Source: Planctomycetota bacterium
GTDB taxonomy: Bacteria; Planctomycetota; UBA1135; UBA2386
Length of the DNA: 23,902 nt
Direction of reading: 5' to 3'
Assembly (NCBI GenBank): GCA_947501605.1
Contig: CANMWZ010000050.1
Location: 1 to 23,902, forward strand
The notes below the pieces were generated by a model, which worked only from the letters and a program-made list of their open reading frames with translations, was not told the DNA's origin and did not search any database. Positions 1-8,572 of this stretch are shown piece by piece. The position numbers were made by a program, and so were the translations under genes. Each line of letters begins with the position of its first letter. Position 1 is the stretch's first letter.

Positions 1-1
1 G

Positions 2-46
2 GCGGCCATAGACCTCCGGCGCGGCATCAAGTCCCTGATGGGCTAG
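2..46 (+). CDS. possible 3' end of an upstream gene (partial)
   Basis: Frame 2 reads AAIDLRRGIKSLMG* with GC-rich third positions and ends at TAG 44-46. Too short to identify. Confidence 0.3.
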   Translation, partial: AAIDLRRGIKSLMG

Positions 47-344
47 CGCGACACATCGACGATCGAGCGACCGAATCTCCCGCAACACATAGCTGCGATG
101 AAGCTCGTGCTCGGCCGACGCATGCAGCGGCTCGCCGCTGCGTTGCCGAAGCCGAGATGACGAGCCCTTGCAGAACGGGCGCAGCCGCGAGCACCTTGCA
201 CGCCCACGTCCGACCAACGGTTCTTGCCCTCGATCGAGGCCCGAGAATCGGTCCCTTCGAGTCGCTCTAGTGAGCGACGCCGTAGAGGGTCCGCAACCAA
301 CTGGCGAGTCCGACAATCGACACCGAGGCCTCGCTCGACCGCGG

Positions 345-350
345 TAGCAT
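345..350 (+). promoter_or_regulatory. candidate -10 element (TAGCAT) for a leaderless transcript
   Basis: TANNNT hexamer 7 nt before GTG 358, with no Shine-Dalgarno. Confidence 0.4.
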
Positions 351-357
351 CGCCGGC

Positions 358-1446
358 GTGACTCTCGATGCCGCACACCCCCGAGTTGACCTGACCCCAC
401 GAGAGTGCGTGACGGTGCTGTGGTTCCCTAGCTTGGTCGCCGCCAACCCTCCGCTTGCCTCGTTCTTGGTCGGAGGGCTGGTGCTCGCAGCCGGAGTCGC
501 CGGCGCAGTCTCCCTGTCATCGCACCCCGTAGGCGGGATGGAAGGGTGGCTGTACGCGGTCCTGCTCGCGTGGGTCCCGCTCGGGGCGGGCTCCGTGTGG
601 CAGAAGGGGGTGGAAGATCACCGAGTGAAACGCCTGCTTCGCGGCAAGGCAGTGACCACAGGTGGATCCGAGCTCTTCTGGGTCTGGGTCCTGTACCACG
701 TTGCCGGTTGGCTTGCCGCATTCCTGTTCGATTGGACCGAGCTCGGCACCGCAACCAAGGGGCTCTTGGTTGCAGGACTCATCGCCACCGCGATCCTCGC
801 ATTGCGATCGGATCGGCTGGCGTCAGCCCCGAACGGCGCGCAGAAGGCCAAGGGGCTGCCGAGTTCCTCGGTGCTGTGGGATGTGCATCGCGTCGATGCG
901 ACCGCGGGAGTCATCCTCCTCGGCCTGCTCTTGGTTTGCGCCACCACTGCCGCCGCAATCGAGTTCTCATGGCTGCTGGCGATCGCTGCCATCCTCCTGT
1001 CGGTGTGGTTCCTGCTGTCGGTGCACCAAGTCAGCCCGGTGTGGGCGAGCCGGTGGCGACACGAACGCTGCTCGATCGCGGTCGACACGCTTCCGCTGAA
1101 CGTGGGCGCTCGACACCGCCTCTGTCTGCGCTCCCGACGAGGTGGGCCCCTCGGCCCAGGGCGGCTCGCCCTGAGCCACTACCGTATCGAGGAGAACCTG
1201 AGTCCTGACTCGACCGCGACCACGACCCAGCGAACGTGGTGGGGCGAGGTCGCCGTGCCCTCAGAGGCAACGGGCATCGACCTCGATCTCGAACTGCCCG
1301 CGACGGCGCCGGCAACCGGCAAGGTGCCGGGCGGCCACTGGGTCCTTGAACTCATCAGCGCTTCTGCGCATGGCCCCCATCGCTCGCTCTTCGTGCTGCC
1401 AGTCACGGCCGCCCGCCTCGATCCGAAGCACGGTTCGGAGGTCTGA
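358..1446 (+). CDS. hypothetical multi-pass membrane protein with soluble C-terminal domain
   Basis: 362 aa with about 6 hydrophobic segments, then a soluble tail that appears beta-rich (LELPATAPAT...WVLEL...FVLPV). No family recognised. Confidence 0.65.
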   Translation: MTLDAAHPRVDLTPRECVTVLWFPSLVAANPPLASFLVGGLVLAAGVAGAVSLSSHPVGGMEGWLYAVLLAWVPLGAGSVWQKGVEDHRVKRLLRGKAVTTGGSELFWVWVLYHVAGWLAAFLFDWTELGTATKGLLVAGLIATAILALRSDRLASAPNGAQKAKGLPSSSVLWDVHRVDATAGVILLGLLLVCATTAAAIEFSWLLAIAAILLSVWFLLSVHQVSPVWASRWRHERCSIAVDTLPLNVGARHRLCLRSRRGGPLGPGRLALSHYRIEENLSPDSTATTTQRTWWGEVAVPSEATGIDLDLELPATAPATGKVPGGHWVLELISASAHGPHRSLFVLPVTAARLDPKHGSEV

Positions 1447-1656
1447 ATCCCCGCGTCCTCCGGGCGTCCGCTTCATCGGGCGCCGCCTACGCGGTCGGGC
1501 AATGACCGCATGGCCGCATTGCCGCATGGCGTCTACGACCGCAAACCGGCACGAGGGACTCCCAACTCGAGTAGAGGCCACTCCGCAAGCTCTCCCATCG
1601 CGACGATCGCCCTGTTGCGTCTTCGTCGACGGCCAACGATCCTGCTCCAAAGCGCC

Positions 1657-2169
1657 ATGGACCTCCGCCACCACCTCCGCGACGTTCCCGACTTCCCCAA
1701 GCCCGGCATCCTGTTCAAGGACATCACGCCGCTGCTTGCCAACCCCGCGGCGATGAAGGAGTCGATCCGCCAGCTCGCGGCCCTCGACTTCGGCAAGATC
1801 GACTGCATCGCCGCCATCGAGTCGCGCGGGTTCCTGTTCGGCGTGCCGCTGGCGATGCACCTCGGCCTCGGCTTCGTGCCGATCCGCAAGCCCGGCAAGC
1901 TGCCGTGGAAGACCAACCGCGTCGAGTACGTGCTCGAGTACGGCACTGACGCCGTCGAGATCCACCAGGACGCGGTCCACAAGGGCCAACGCGTACTGCT
2001 CGTCGATGACCTGTTGGCGACCGGCGGCACCATGGGCGCCGCGTGCAAGCTGGTCGAGAGCTGTGGTGCAACCGTCGCCGGCTGCGCCTTCGTGGTCGAA
2101 CTCGCCTTCCTGCCTGGTCGGCAGAAGCTGGCGCCGCATCGCGTCGAATCGCTGGTTTGCATCCGCTGA
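1657..2169 (+). CDS. apt: adenine phosphoribosyltransferase
   Basis: VPDFPKPGILFKDITPLL, IESRGF, IRKPGKLP, LEYG and PRPP-binding VDDLLATGGT motifs. Start moved to ATG 1657 to give the typical ~170 aa length. Confidence 0.97.
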   Translation: MDLRHHLRDVPDFPKPGILFKDITPLLANPAAMKESIRQLAALDFGKIDCIAAIESRGFLFGVPLAMHLGLGFVPIRKPGKLPWKTNRVEYVLEYGTDAVEIHQDAVHKGQRVLLVDDLLATGGTMGAACKLVESCGATVAGCAFVVELAFLPGRQKLAPHRVESLVCIR

Positions 2170-2348
2170 GCGCGCGGAATCGCCGAACGGCGCGATCCTG
2201 GCCAACACCGCGCACTTTTCGCCAACGTGCGAGCACGGCGCTGCGTAGCGTGTCCGCGCGAAAGGTCTCCGGACCGCGCGGACACTGGCGCCACTTTTCG
2301 CGCCGAACCCATCCGATCATGCTGCGACCCACTGCCACTTCGTTCGCG

Positions 2349-4268
2349 ATGCGCGTCTGCGCGTTCCTGATCCTCGCCTTCTCGACGACGCTCCCCGCAC
2401 AGCAACGGCAGCGCGGTGGCGAGGACGCCCGCGCGCCCGGCATCCGTCCGGACATCACGATCTTCAGCCCCCTCGATCTGCCGACGCCGAACCGCGTTCG
2501 CACCGCCAGCGGCTCGCCGGGCCCGGACTACTGGCAGCAGCGCGTCGACTACCGGATCGACGTGACGCTCGATCCAGCAACTCGCAGCGTCAGCGGTCGC
2601 GAGCATGTGACCTATCACAACAACTCACCCGAGGCGCTCACGTTTCTGTGGCTACACCTCGAACAGAACGTGCTGCGCAAGGACAGCATCGGCTCGCTGA
2701 CCGAGGGTGGCGCAGCGGTCGGCGGCCCGTCGGAGAACAGCGACGGCGTGACCGTGAGCGAACTCACCAGCGCCGGCAAGGCGCTCGCGCACCAGGTCTA
2801 CGACACGATGATGCGCGTCGAGTTGCCGACGCCCCTCGCCGCGGGCGCAAAGTTCGAGTTCGACTGCGCGTGGTCGTTCTTGGTGCCAAGCAAGGTGTTC
2901 CGTCGCTTCGGCACCTGGGACGTCAGCAAGGGCACGGTGTGGGAGCTGGCGCAGTGGTTCCCAGCCGTTGCGGTCTACGACGATATCTATGGTTGGAACA
3001 CGCTGCCCTACGTCGGCACCGGCGAGTTCTACAACAACTTCGGCACCTACGAACTCAACGTCACCGCACCGCGCGACCACATCGTTGTTGCCTCGGGAGT
3101 CCTACAGAATCCCGAAGCCGTCTACACGCCAACGCAGCTCGATCGACTCGCTCTAGCCAAGCAAAGCCGCGAGACCGTCATCCTGCGCGACAAGGATGAA
3201 GTGGGCCAGCCGGATAGCCGCCCCGCCGGCAAGGGCCCGCTGACGTGGCGCTTCCTGGCCGAGAATGTGCGCACGGTGGCGTTCGCGTCCTCGGAAGCGT
3301 TCATCCTCGATGCCTGCTCGCGCGGCGAGTTGCTCGTGCAATCGGCCTATCCCGAGGAGTCGTTGCCCGTCTGGGGCAAGTCGACGCAGATGCTGGCGAC
3401 CGCGATCGAAGGCTACAGCCGCCGCTGGTTCCCCTATCCGTACCCAGTCGCCACCAACGTCGGCGGCATCGAGGGCGGCATGGAGTACCCGATGATCATC
3501 TTCTGCAGCGGCCGCAACAACACCAGCGAGAGCGGCCTCTACGGCGTCACCACGCACGAGATCGGGCACAACTGGTTTCCGATGACGGTCAACACCGACG
3601 AGCGTCGCCACGCGTGGATGGACGAGGGCTTCAACACCTTCATCAACCGCTACTCGACGGCTGACTGGTTCGAGAAGTCGAAGGAAGCCAAGCCCTCGTC
3701 GTTCGCGGGCATGATGCGAATGCCCGGAGTTCCGATCGTGACCGCCGCCGATCGATTGAACGGCCTGCAGCTCGGCGTCCTGCAGTACCAGAAGACCGGC
3801 GTCGGCATGACGATCCTGCGCGAGTACGTGCTCGGCGAGGAGCGCTTCGACTTCGCCTTCCGCGAGTACATCCGAGAATGGGCGTTCAAGTCGCCGCAGC
3901 CAGCCGACTTCTTCCGCACCATCGAGAACGCGGCGGGCATGGACCTCGCGTGGTTCTGGCGCGGCTGGTTCCTCGAAGACGCCATGCTCGACCAGGCGGT
4001 CGAGACCGTGAAGCAGCCAGGCAAGCGCGGTGGCGGCAGCATCACGTTCCGCAACAAGGAGCGCATGGTGATGCCGCTGACCTATCGCGTGACCTTTGAT
4101 GACGACACGACCGAGGTCCTCAAGGTCCCTGTCGAGGCCTGGTTTCAGTCCGACGTCATCACGCGGCGCATGGAGCAGGTGAAGGCGATCAAGCAAGTGC
4201 GCATCGACCCGGACGGGATGCTTCCGGACATCGCCCGCGACAACAACCTGTGGTCGGCTGACAAGTGA
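2349..4268 (+). CDS. secreted M1-family zinc aminopeptidase
   Basis: GGMEYP exopeptidase motif; HEIGH...WMDEG (HExxH-x18-E) zinc site; signal peptide MRVCAFLILAFSTTLPA. Start is ATG 2349 or 2319. Confidence 0.93.
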   Translation: MRVCAFLILAFSTTLPAQQRQRGGEDARAPGIRPDITIFSPLDLPTPNRVRTASGSPGPDYWQQRVDYRIDVTLDPATRSVSGREHVTYHNNSPEALTFLWLHLEQNVLRKDSIGSLTEGGAAVGGPSENSDGVTVSELTSAGKALAHQVYDTMMRVELPTPLAAGAKFEFDCAWSFLVPSKVFRRFGTWDVSKGTVWELAQWFPAVAVYDDIYGWNTLPYVGTGEFYNNFGTYELNVTAPRDHIVVASGVLQNPEAVYTPTQLDRLALAKQSRETVILRDKDEVGQPDSRPAGKGPLTWRFLAENVRTVAFASSEAFILDACSRGELLVQSAYPEESLPVWGKSTQMLATAIEGYSRRWFPYPYPVATNVGGIEGGMEYPMIIFCSGRNNTSESGLYGVTTHEIGHNWFPMTVNTDERRHAWMDEGFNTFINRYSTADWFEKSKEAKPSSFAGMMRMPGVPIVTAADRLNGLQLGVLQYQKTGVGMTILREYVLGEERFDFAFREYIREWAFKSPQPADFFRTIENAAGMDLAWFWRGWFLEDAMLDQAVETVKQPGKRGGGSITFRNKERMVMPLTYRVTFDDDTTEVLKVPVEAWFQSDVITRRMEQVKAIKQVRIDPDGMLPDIARDNNLWSADK

Positions 4269-4524
4269 CCCGAGTCGGCGCCGCGCCGCACCGGCACCGA
4301 CGCGCGCGCGCCTAGCTCTCCGCTCGCGGCCAGCGCCCGAGCCCGGAAACCGCGTCCGATTGGCGACCACGGGATCGGCCATCCGGTTGGCCAGGGTCGA
4401 GTTCTCGCAGTGGCGTCACCACATCGGGCGCGGCTTGGCTCCGGCGAGCAGCCAAAGTCGCCCGTGGCATCGGCCTTTTGCCAACACCCCACCGCTGCCG
4501 ATACGCATAGCGGAACTCACACCC

Positions 4525-7035
4525 ATGCATCGCCCCATCCCGCTGGCCGCCGTCTCGCTCCTGCTCATGCTCGAGAACTTCGCGAGTGCGCAAGAGCAGC
4601 GCCTCGCCGAGCTCGTCAAGGTGGGCTACCCGACCCCCGAGGGCTCGGTTGCGTGGTTCGCGCACGGCTTCGAACGAGTCGATGCCAAGATGGCCTTCGA
4701 CACCCGCTCGGCGTGGACCGACATGGAGGTGCTGCTGGCGGCCGCGGCTCGGCGCAGCGCGCCAAGAGGAGCCGAGTCCGCCGCGAATGCGCTTGCAGGC
4801 CTCGTCCAAGCGCGCCTCGAAGGCGCGGTCGTAGCCAAAGAATGGCTGGCGCGCACCGAGACCATCGTCGACGACGCCGACGACACGATGAAGGTCTACT
4901 ACCTGCTTTCGCGCGCGCGCTCACTCTGCGCGGTTGGTGAGCATGCCGCAGAGTTCGAGCTCGCAATCCCGGGCCAGAAGCTCGCCGATGCGCTCGGCAA
5001 CCCCGTGCTCATCGCCCGCGCAATCTTGACGACGATGCACGCGACGCCAAAACGCGGCATCGCCAACGCGAACAGGGTGTTCGCGGAGATTCAGCAGGCC
5101 GGCCACGGCGCCGAGGTCGAGTTCTTGCGCCCCTGGGTGCTCGCTGAGGACTGTCAGGCGCACCTGCAAACCGGCCACCGGGAGCTCGGGCTCAAGATGC
5201 TCGCAGAGCTCGACGCGGTCGCCAAACAGCAGGGCAACGTCCGCATCCAGTCCTTCGTGGCAGCAACGCGCGCCAACGTGTTGTGCATCGAGCGCGACCT
5301 CGAAGGCGCCATCCGCAACTACACCGCGGCGCTTGCGTGCAACGAGCGCCTCGGTGACGTCGACGAGCGCGCCGCAATCCGCGACATGATGGCGTGGACG
5401 GCAGTGCAAAGGCGTGAGTACGACGAAGCCGAGCGCTGGCTGCAAGAAGCGGACGAGTTGGTCGCCGGTCGCGGCCTCGAACAGATCAAACGCGCCTTGC
5501 TGCAGACGCGCCTCACTCTGGCTGTACATCGTCGCGACGGGGACGCTGCCGCCGCGTTGTCGAAGGAGCTCGAGGATCGGGCAGCCGCGACCCGCCAACA
5601 CGAGTTGCGCATCGCCGAGTTCCGCGCCGGACTCGAACGGGCCGAAGCACAACGCGACGCGGCCGAAACAGAACTCCAGCAGGCGCGCCAGAGAGACGCA
5701 CTGAGCGAGAGAGAGACTCGACTTCAGCTCGGCGCTGTCGCCTTCGTCGCACTGACCTTGCTGACCGTGACGACGTTGCGCAGCCGTCGTCGACTTCAGC
5801 GCGTCAATGCGGCGCTGGCCACGCAAGTGCATCGCGTCGAGGAGGCGCGATTGCATCAGACCAAGCTGGAAGAACGGCTGCGTCAGTCAGAGCGCACCGA
5901 GGTCCTCAGCACGCTGTCTGCAGGCATCGCTCACGACTTCAACAACCTATTGACCAGCATCCTCGGCAACGCCGAACTGCTGCGCCACGAACTGCGGCCA
6001 GGCGTCGGCACGACGATGCTGGACAACCTGTTCACTTCGAGTCGCCAAGCGGCGCGGCTGTGCAAGCAACTGCAGATCTACGCTGGCGGCTCACCGCCCG
6101 CGGCAGCGCCGATCACCGTCTGGGATTCGATCGCAGAGTTGCTGCCAGTCCTGCGTTCTGCCACGCTCGGCGTCGTCGAACTGGCGCCTTCCACGAGCAG
6201 CGAGCCAATCGGCGCGTTCGTCGATCGCGTGCAGTTGGAGCAGGTTCTGCTCAACCTCGTGGTCAACGCCAACGATGCAGGGGCAACCAAGGTGATGATC
6301 CGCGTCGATGCCGTCGATCGCGTCGACGACGTCAGGGGCCCAGCCGCGCGGATCGAAGTGCGCGACAATGGCGGCGGCATGAAGCCCGAAATCGTGCAGC
6401 GGATCTTCGACCCCTTCTTCACGACGCGTTTCCCTGGCCGTGGGCTTGGCCTCGCGGTTGTGCATGGAATCATCCGACGTCACGGCGGCACCGTCACGGT
6501 GTCGAGCCAGGTCGGAAGTGGCACGACCTTCGTCATTCACCTGCCGTGTACCGCGGAACTGGAACCGGGAGTCGAGCCAACGGTCGTGTTGCAACCGTCG
6601 TCGCGACAGCAAGCGGTCTTGCTCGTGGTCGATGACGATGACGGTGTCCGCTGCGTGTTGAGCCAGCTGCTTGCGGGCCTGGGCCACGAAGTCGTCCTGG
6701 CTGAGACTGGCCCGGCGCTGCTCGACGCCCTCGACAACGTCCCAGCCGACCGCCCCGTGGTGGTGTTCGCCGACCTCGGCATGCCCGGAATGGACGGGCA
6801 GGAAGTGCTGCGTGAAGTGCGTCGCCGCCGGCCCAGTGCACGCCGAGTTTTGATGAGCGGCCACCCAACCGACTACATCCAGAGGGTCGCAAGCGACGTT
6901 GCCCCGGACCGCGTGATCAGCAAGCCCTTCCGCCGCGACGCGCTCCGCCTCGCCCTCAGGCAGTTGCTCGGCCCAAGCACACCGCGGACATCGCTCGAGG
7001 CCGGTTCGACTGCGATCCAGAGTTCCGAAGGGTAG
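4525..7035 (+). CDS. membrane-bound hybrid sensor histidine kinase (helical/TPR-like sensor, TM, HisKA, HATPase_c, REC)
   Basis: Signal peptide; Ala-rich helical region; TM LGAVAFVALTLLTVTTL; H box IAHDFNNLL; N box LLNLVVNA; DNGGG, FDPFFTT, GRGLGL; receiver VDDD...ADLGMPGMDG...MSG...KPF. Confidence 0.93.
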   Translation: MHRPIPLAAVSLLLMLENFASAQEQRLAELVKVGYPTPEGSVAWFAHGFERVDAKMAFDTRSAWTDMEVLLAAAARRSAPRGAESAANALAGLVQARLEGAVVAKEWLARTETIVDDADDTMKVYYLLSRARSLCAVGEHAAEFELAIPGQKLADALGNPVLIARAILTTMHATPKRGIANANRVFAEIQQAGHGAEVEFLRPWVLAEDCQAHLQTGHRELGLKMLAELDAVAKQQGNVRIQSFVAATRANVLCIERDLEGAIRNYTAALACNERLGDVDERAAIRDMMAWTAVQRREYDEAERWLQEADELVAGRGLEQIKRALLQTRLTLAVHRRDGDAAAALSKELEDRAAATRQHELRIAEFRAGLERAEAQRDAAETELQQARQRDALSERETRLQLGAVAFVALTLLTVTTLRSRRRLQRVNAALATQVHRVEEARLHQTKLEERLRQSERTEVLSTLSAGIAHDFNNLLTSILGNAELLRHELRPGVGTTMLDNLFTSSRQAARLCKQLQIYAGGSPPAAAPITVWDSIAELLPVLRSATLGVVELAPSTSSEPIGAFVDRVQLEQVLLNLVVNANDAGATKVMIRVDAVDRVDDVRGPAARIEVRDNGGGMKPEIVQRIFDPFFTTRFPGRGLGLAVVHGIIRRHGGTVTVSSQVGSGTTFVIHLPCTAELEPGVEPTVVLQPSSRQQAVLLVVDDDDGVRCVLSQLLAGLGHEVVLAETGPALLDALDNVPADRPVVVFADLGMPGMDGQEVLREVRRRRPSARRVLMSGHPTDYIQRVASDVAPDRVISKPFRRDALRLALRQLLGPSTPRTSLEAGSTAIQSSEG

Positions 7036-7106
7036 AAACTGGCAGGCTCTAACTTGCTACTGCTAAGCGCTTTATGGAATCCTCTAAAGTTTTCCACAGG
7101 TAGCGC

Positions 7107-7134
7107 TCAACTTCTCCCCGCCTTCTGCCGATCC
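7107..7134 (+). promoter_or_regulatory. candidate sigma-28 promoter upstream of the riboswitch
   Basis: TCAA-N16-GCCGATCC against consensus TAAA-N15/16-GCCGATAA. A second GCCGAT lies at 7155-7160. Confidence 0.4.
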
Positions 7135-7190
7135 TAGGAGCCCGGCTGTCACAGGCCGATTGTTCTTTGGTGTTCAGCTCCCACCAAGAC

Positions 7191-7285
7191 GCTTCTCGAA
7201 AAGGCATACCCGGCGAAAGCCGGTGACGCAAAGCCAAGGGCCTTCGGTCGACAACGACCATGGCAGCCGGTTCCCGAAATGAAGC
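7191..7285 (+). ncRNA. cyclic di-GMP-I (GEMM-I) riboswitch aptamer
   Basis: GGCATACCCGGC-GAAA-GCCGGTGACGCAAAGCC...CCTTCGGTCG-ACAA-CGACCATGGCAGCCGGTTCCCGA follows the Vc2 architecture: P2 with GAAA tetraloop, GACGCAAAGC junction, P3 with a CC...AUGG receptor-like element. P1 is GCTTC/TCG (7191-7198) pairing with CGA/GAAGC (7275-7285). Confidence 0.9.
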
Positions 7286-7500
7286 CAAGGCGACAACCAC
7301 AAAAGCGCAACCGCGCAACCGCTCGCCCCAAGTCCGCCCAGCCAGGGGGACACCCTCCAGCAGGAAGGGAAAGCGTCACCGGACCCGAGAGTCTCGACTC
7401 TTCGGCGAAGGTGCCTTTCGACGCGTCAGGAGCTGCCGTCCCGCATCACCCTCCCACACCGGTGATGTCAGTGCCCTCCGATCCCAACTGGAGTCCTCCC

Positions 7501-8445
7501 ATGGCCAAGTCCGCCGTCGCCACCCGCTCGCCCCGTTCGAAGTCCACGCCCCTCGCCGCGAAAATGACGTCCAAGCTCACGCTGCACGCCGTGCCCGCTG
7601 CGCCTGGTGCGAAGCTTCCGGGCAAGCTCCTCGCCCAGCCGGAGCGTTCGTCGCCGGACACGCCGACGCAGGGCCAGCGCATTGGTGACGACGAGCTGGA
7701 GACGGTCTGGAAGACCTACAAGAAGACGCGCGACGACAACCTGCGCAACATCCTCATCGAGCACCACATGCCGCTCGTCCGGATGATCGCCGAGCGCGTC
7801 CTGCAAACGCTGCCGAAGTCGATCGAACTCGACGACCTGAGCAGCGCCGGCACGTTTGGCTTGATGGACGCAATCAACGGCTTCGACCTGAGCCGAGGCA
7901 TCAAGTTCAAGACCTACTGCACGACGCGCATTCGCGGGTCGATCCTCGACGAGCTGCGTTCGCAGGACTGGGTCCCGCGCCTCGTGCGCCTGAAGGCCCA
8001 CAAGCTCGAGCGCGCTACGCGTCAACTCGAGGGCGAGCTCGGCCGCCTGCCGAACCAGGCTGAGTTGGCCAAGGCGCTGTGCATGACCATGGACGAGCTG
8101 CAGGCTCACCAGAACGAAGCCAGCGCTCGCACGATCTTCTCGCTCTCGGAGAAGTGGGACGACGGCGACGACGACAAGGAGATGGAGAAGATCGAGATCC
8201 TGGCCGACAAGAAGTGCACGGATCCCGTCGACACCATCCAGCAACGCGACTCCCTCGACACGATCACGCGCAACCTGACGAAGAAAGAGCGCCTGATCAT
8301 CCTGATGTACTACTACGAAGGCCTCACGATGCGCGAGATCGGCGAGATCATGGAACTCACCGAATCGCGTGTGTGCCAGATCCACAGCAACGTGATGGCA
8401 CGGCTCAAGGCCCAGCTCGATCGCGTGCAGCTCCAGAACGTGTGA
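7501..8445 (+). CDS. fliA: RNA polymerase sigma factor, FliA/WhiG (sigma-28) family
   Basis: DDLSSAGTFGLMDAI, KFKTY..RIRGSILDELRSQDWVPR, and region 4 YYYEGLTMREIGEIMELTESRVCQIH. GGAG at 7490-7493 supports ATG 7501. Confidence 0.93.
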   Translation: MAKSAVATRSPRSKSTPLAAKMTSKLTLHAVPAAPGAKLPGKLLAQPERSSPDTPTQGQRIGDDELETVWKTYKKTRDDNLRNILIEHHMPLVRMIAERVLQTLPKSIELDDLSSAGTFGLMDAINGFDLSRGIKFKTYCTTRIRGSILDELRSQDWVPRLVRLKAHKLERATRQLEGELGRLPNQAELAKALCMTMDELQAHQNEASARTIFSLSEKWDDGDDDKEMEKIEILADKKCTDPVDTIQQRDSLDTITRNLTKKERLIILMYYYEGLTMREIGEIMELTESRVCQIHSNVMARLKAQLDRVQLQNV

Positions 8446-8460
8446 TCCCCGGCAAGGGTG

Positions 8461-8520
8461 ATCCGCGCAGTCGTGTCTCGTTACGGCACGATGCGGACGG
8501 CGGCGCCTTCAGGCGTCGCC
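8461..8520 (+). terminator. two GC-rich hairpins after fliA (possible terminator or processing site)
   Basis: TCCGC..GTCGTGTC/GGCACGAT.GCGGA and GGCGGCGCC-TTCA-GGCGTCGCC. No U-tract. Confidence 0.3.
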
Positions 8521-8535
8521 ATGGTTGGCCGAACA
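8509..8535 (+). promoter_or_regulatory. candidate sigma-28 promoter for the HDOD gene
   Basis: TCAG-N15-GCCGAACA, canonical spacing, 37 nt before ATG 8573. Confidence 0.45.
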
Positions 8536-8572
8536 TCATGGAAGCGTCGCACTCTCGACGCCCCCACTGTCG

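Noticed and set aside
47..344. Short hairpins (124-141, 261-278) as ncRNA or CRISPR repeats
   Set aside because: Not repeated or regularly spaced; expected by chance at this GC content. No CRISPR array, tRNA or rRNA was seen in the window.
4400..4470. Long hairpin upstream of the hybrid kinase as a riboswitch
   Set aside because: No recognisable aptamer consensus.
7191..7285. cGAMP-sensing GEMM-Ib variant
   Set aside because: The position equivalent to nucleotide 20 is G (7203), not A.
7345..7430. Second tandem riboswitch aptamer
   Set aside because: Has stems and an AAAGC but lacks the GNRA loop, the GACGC junction and the receptor.
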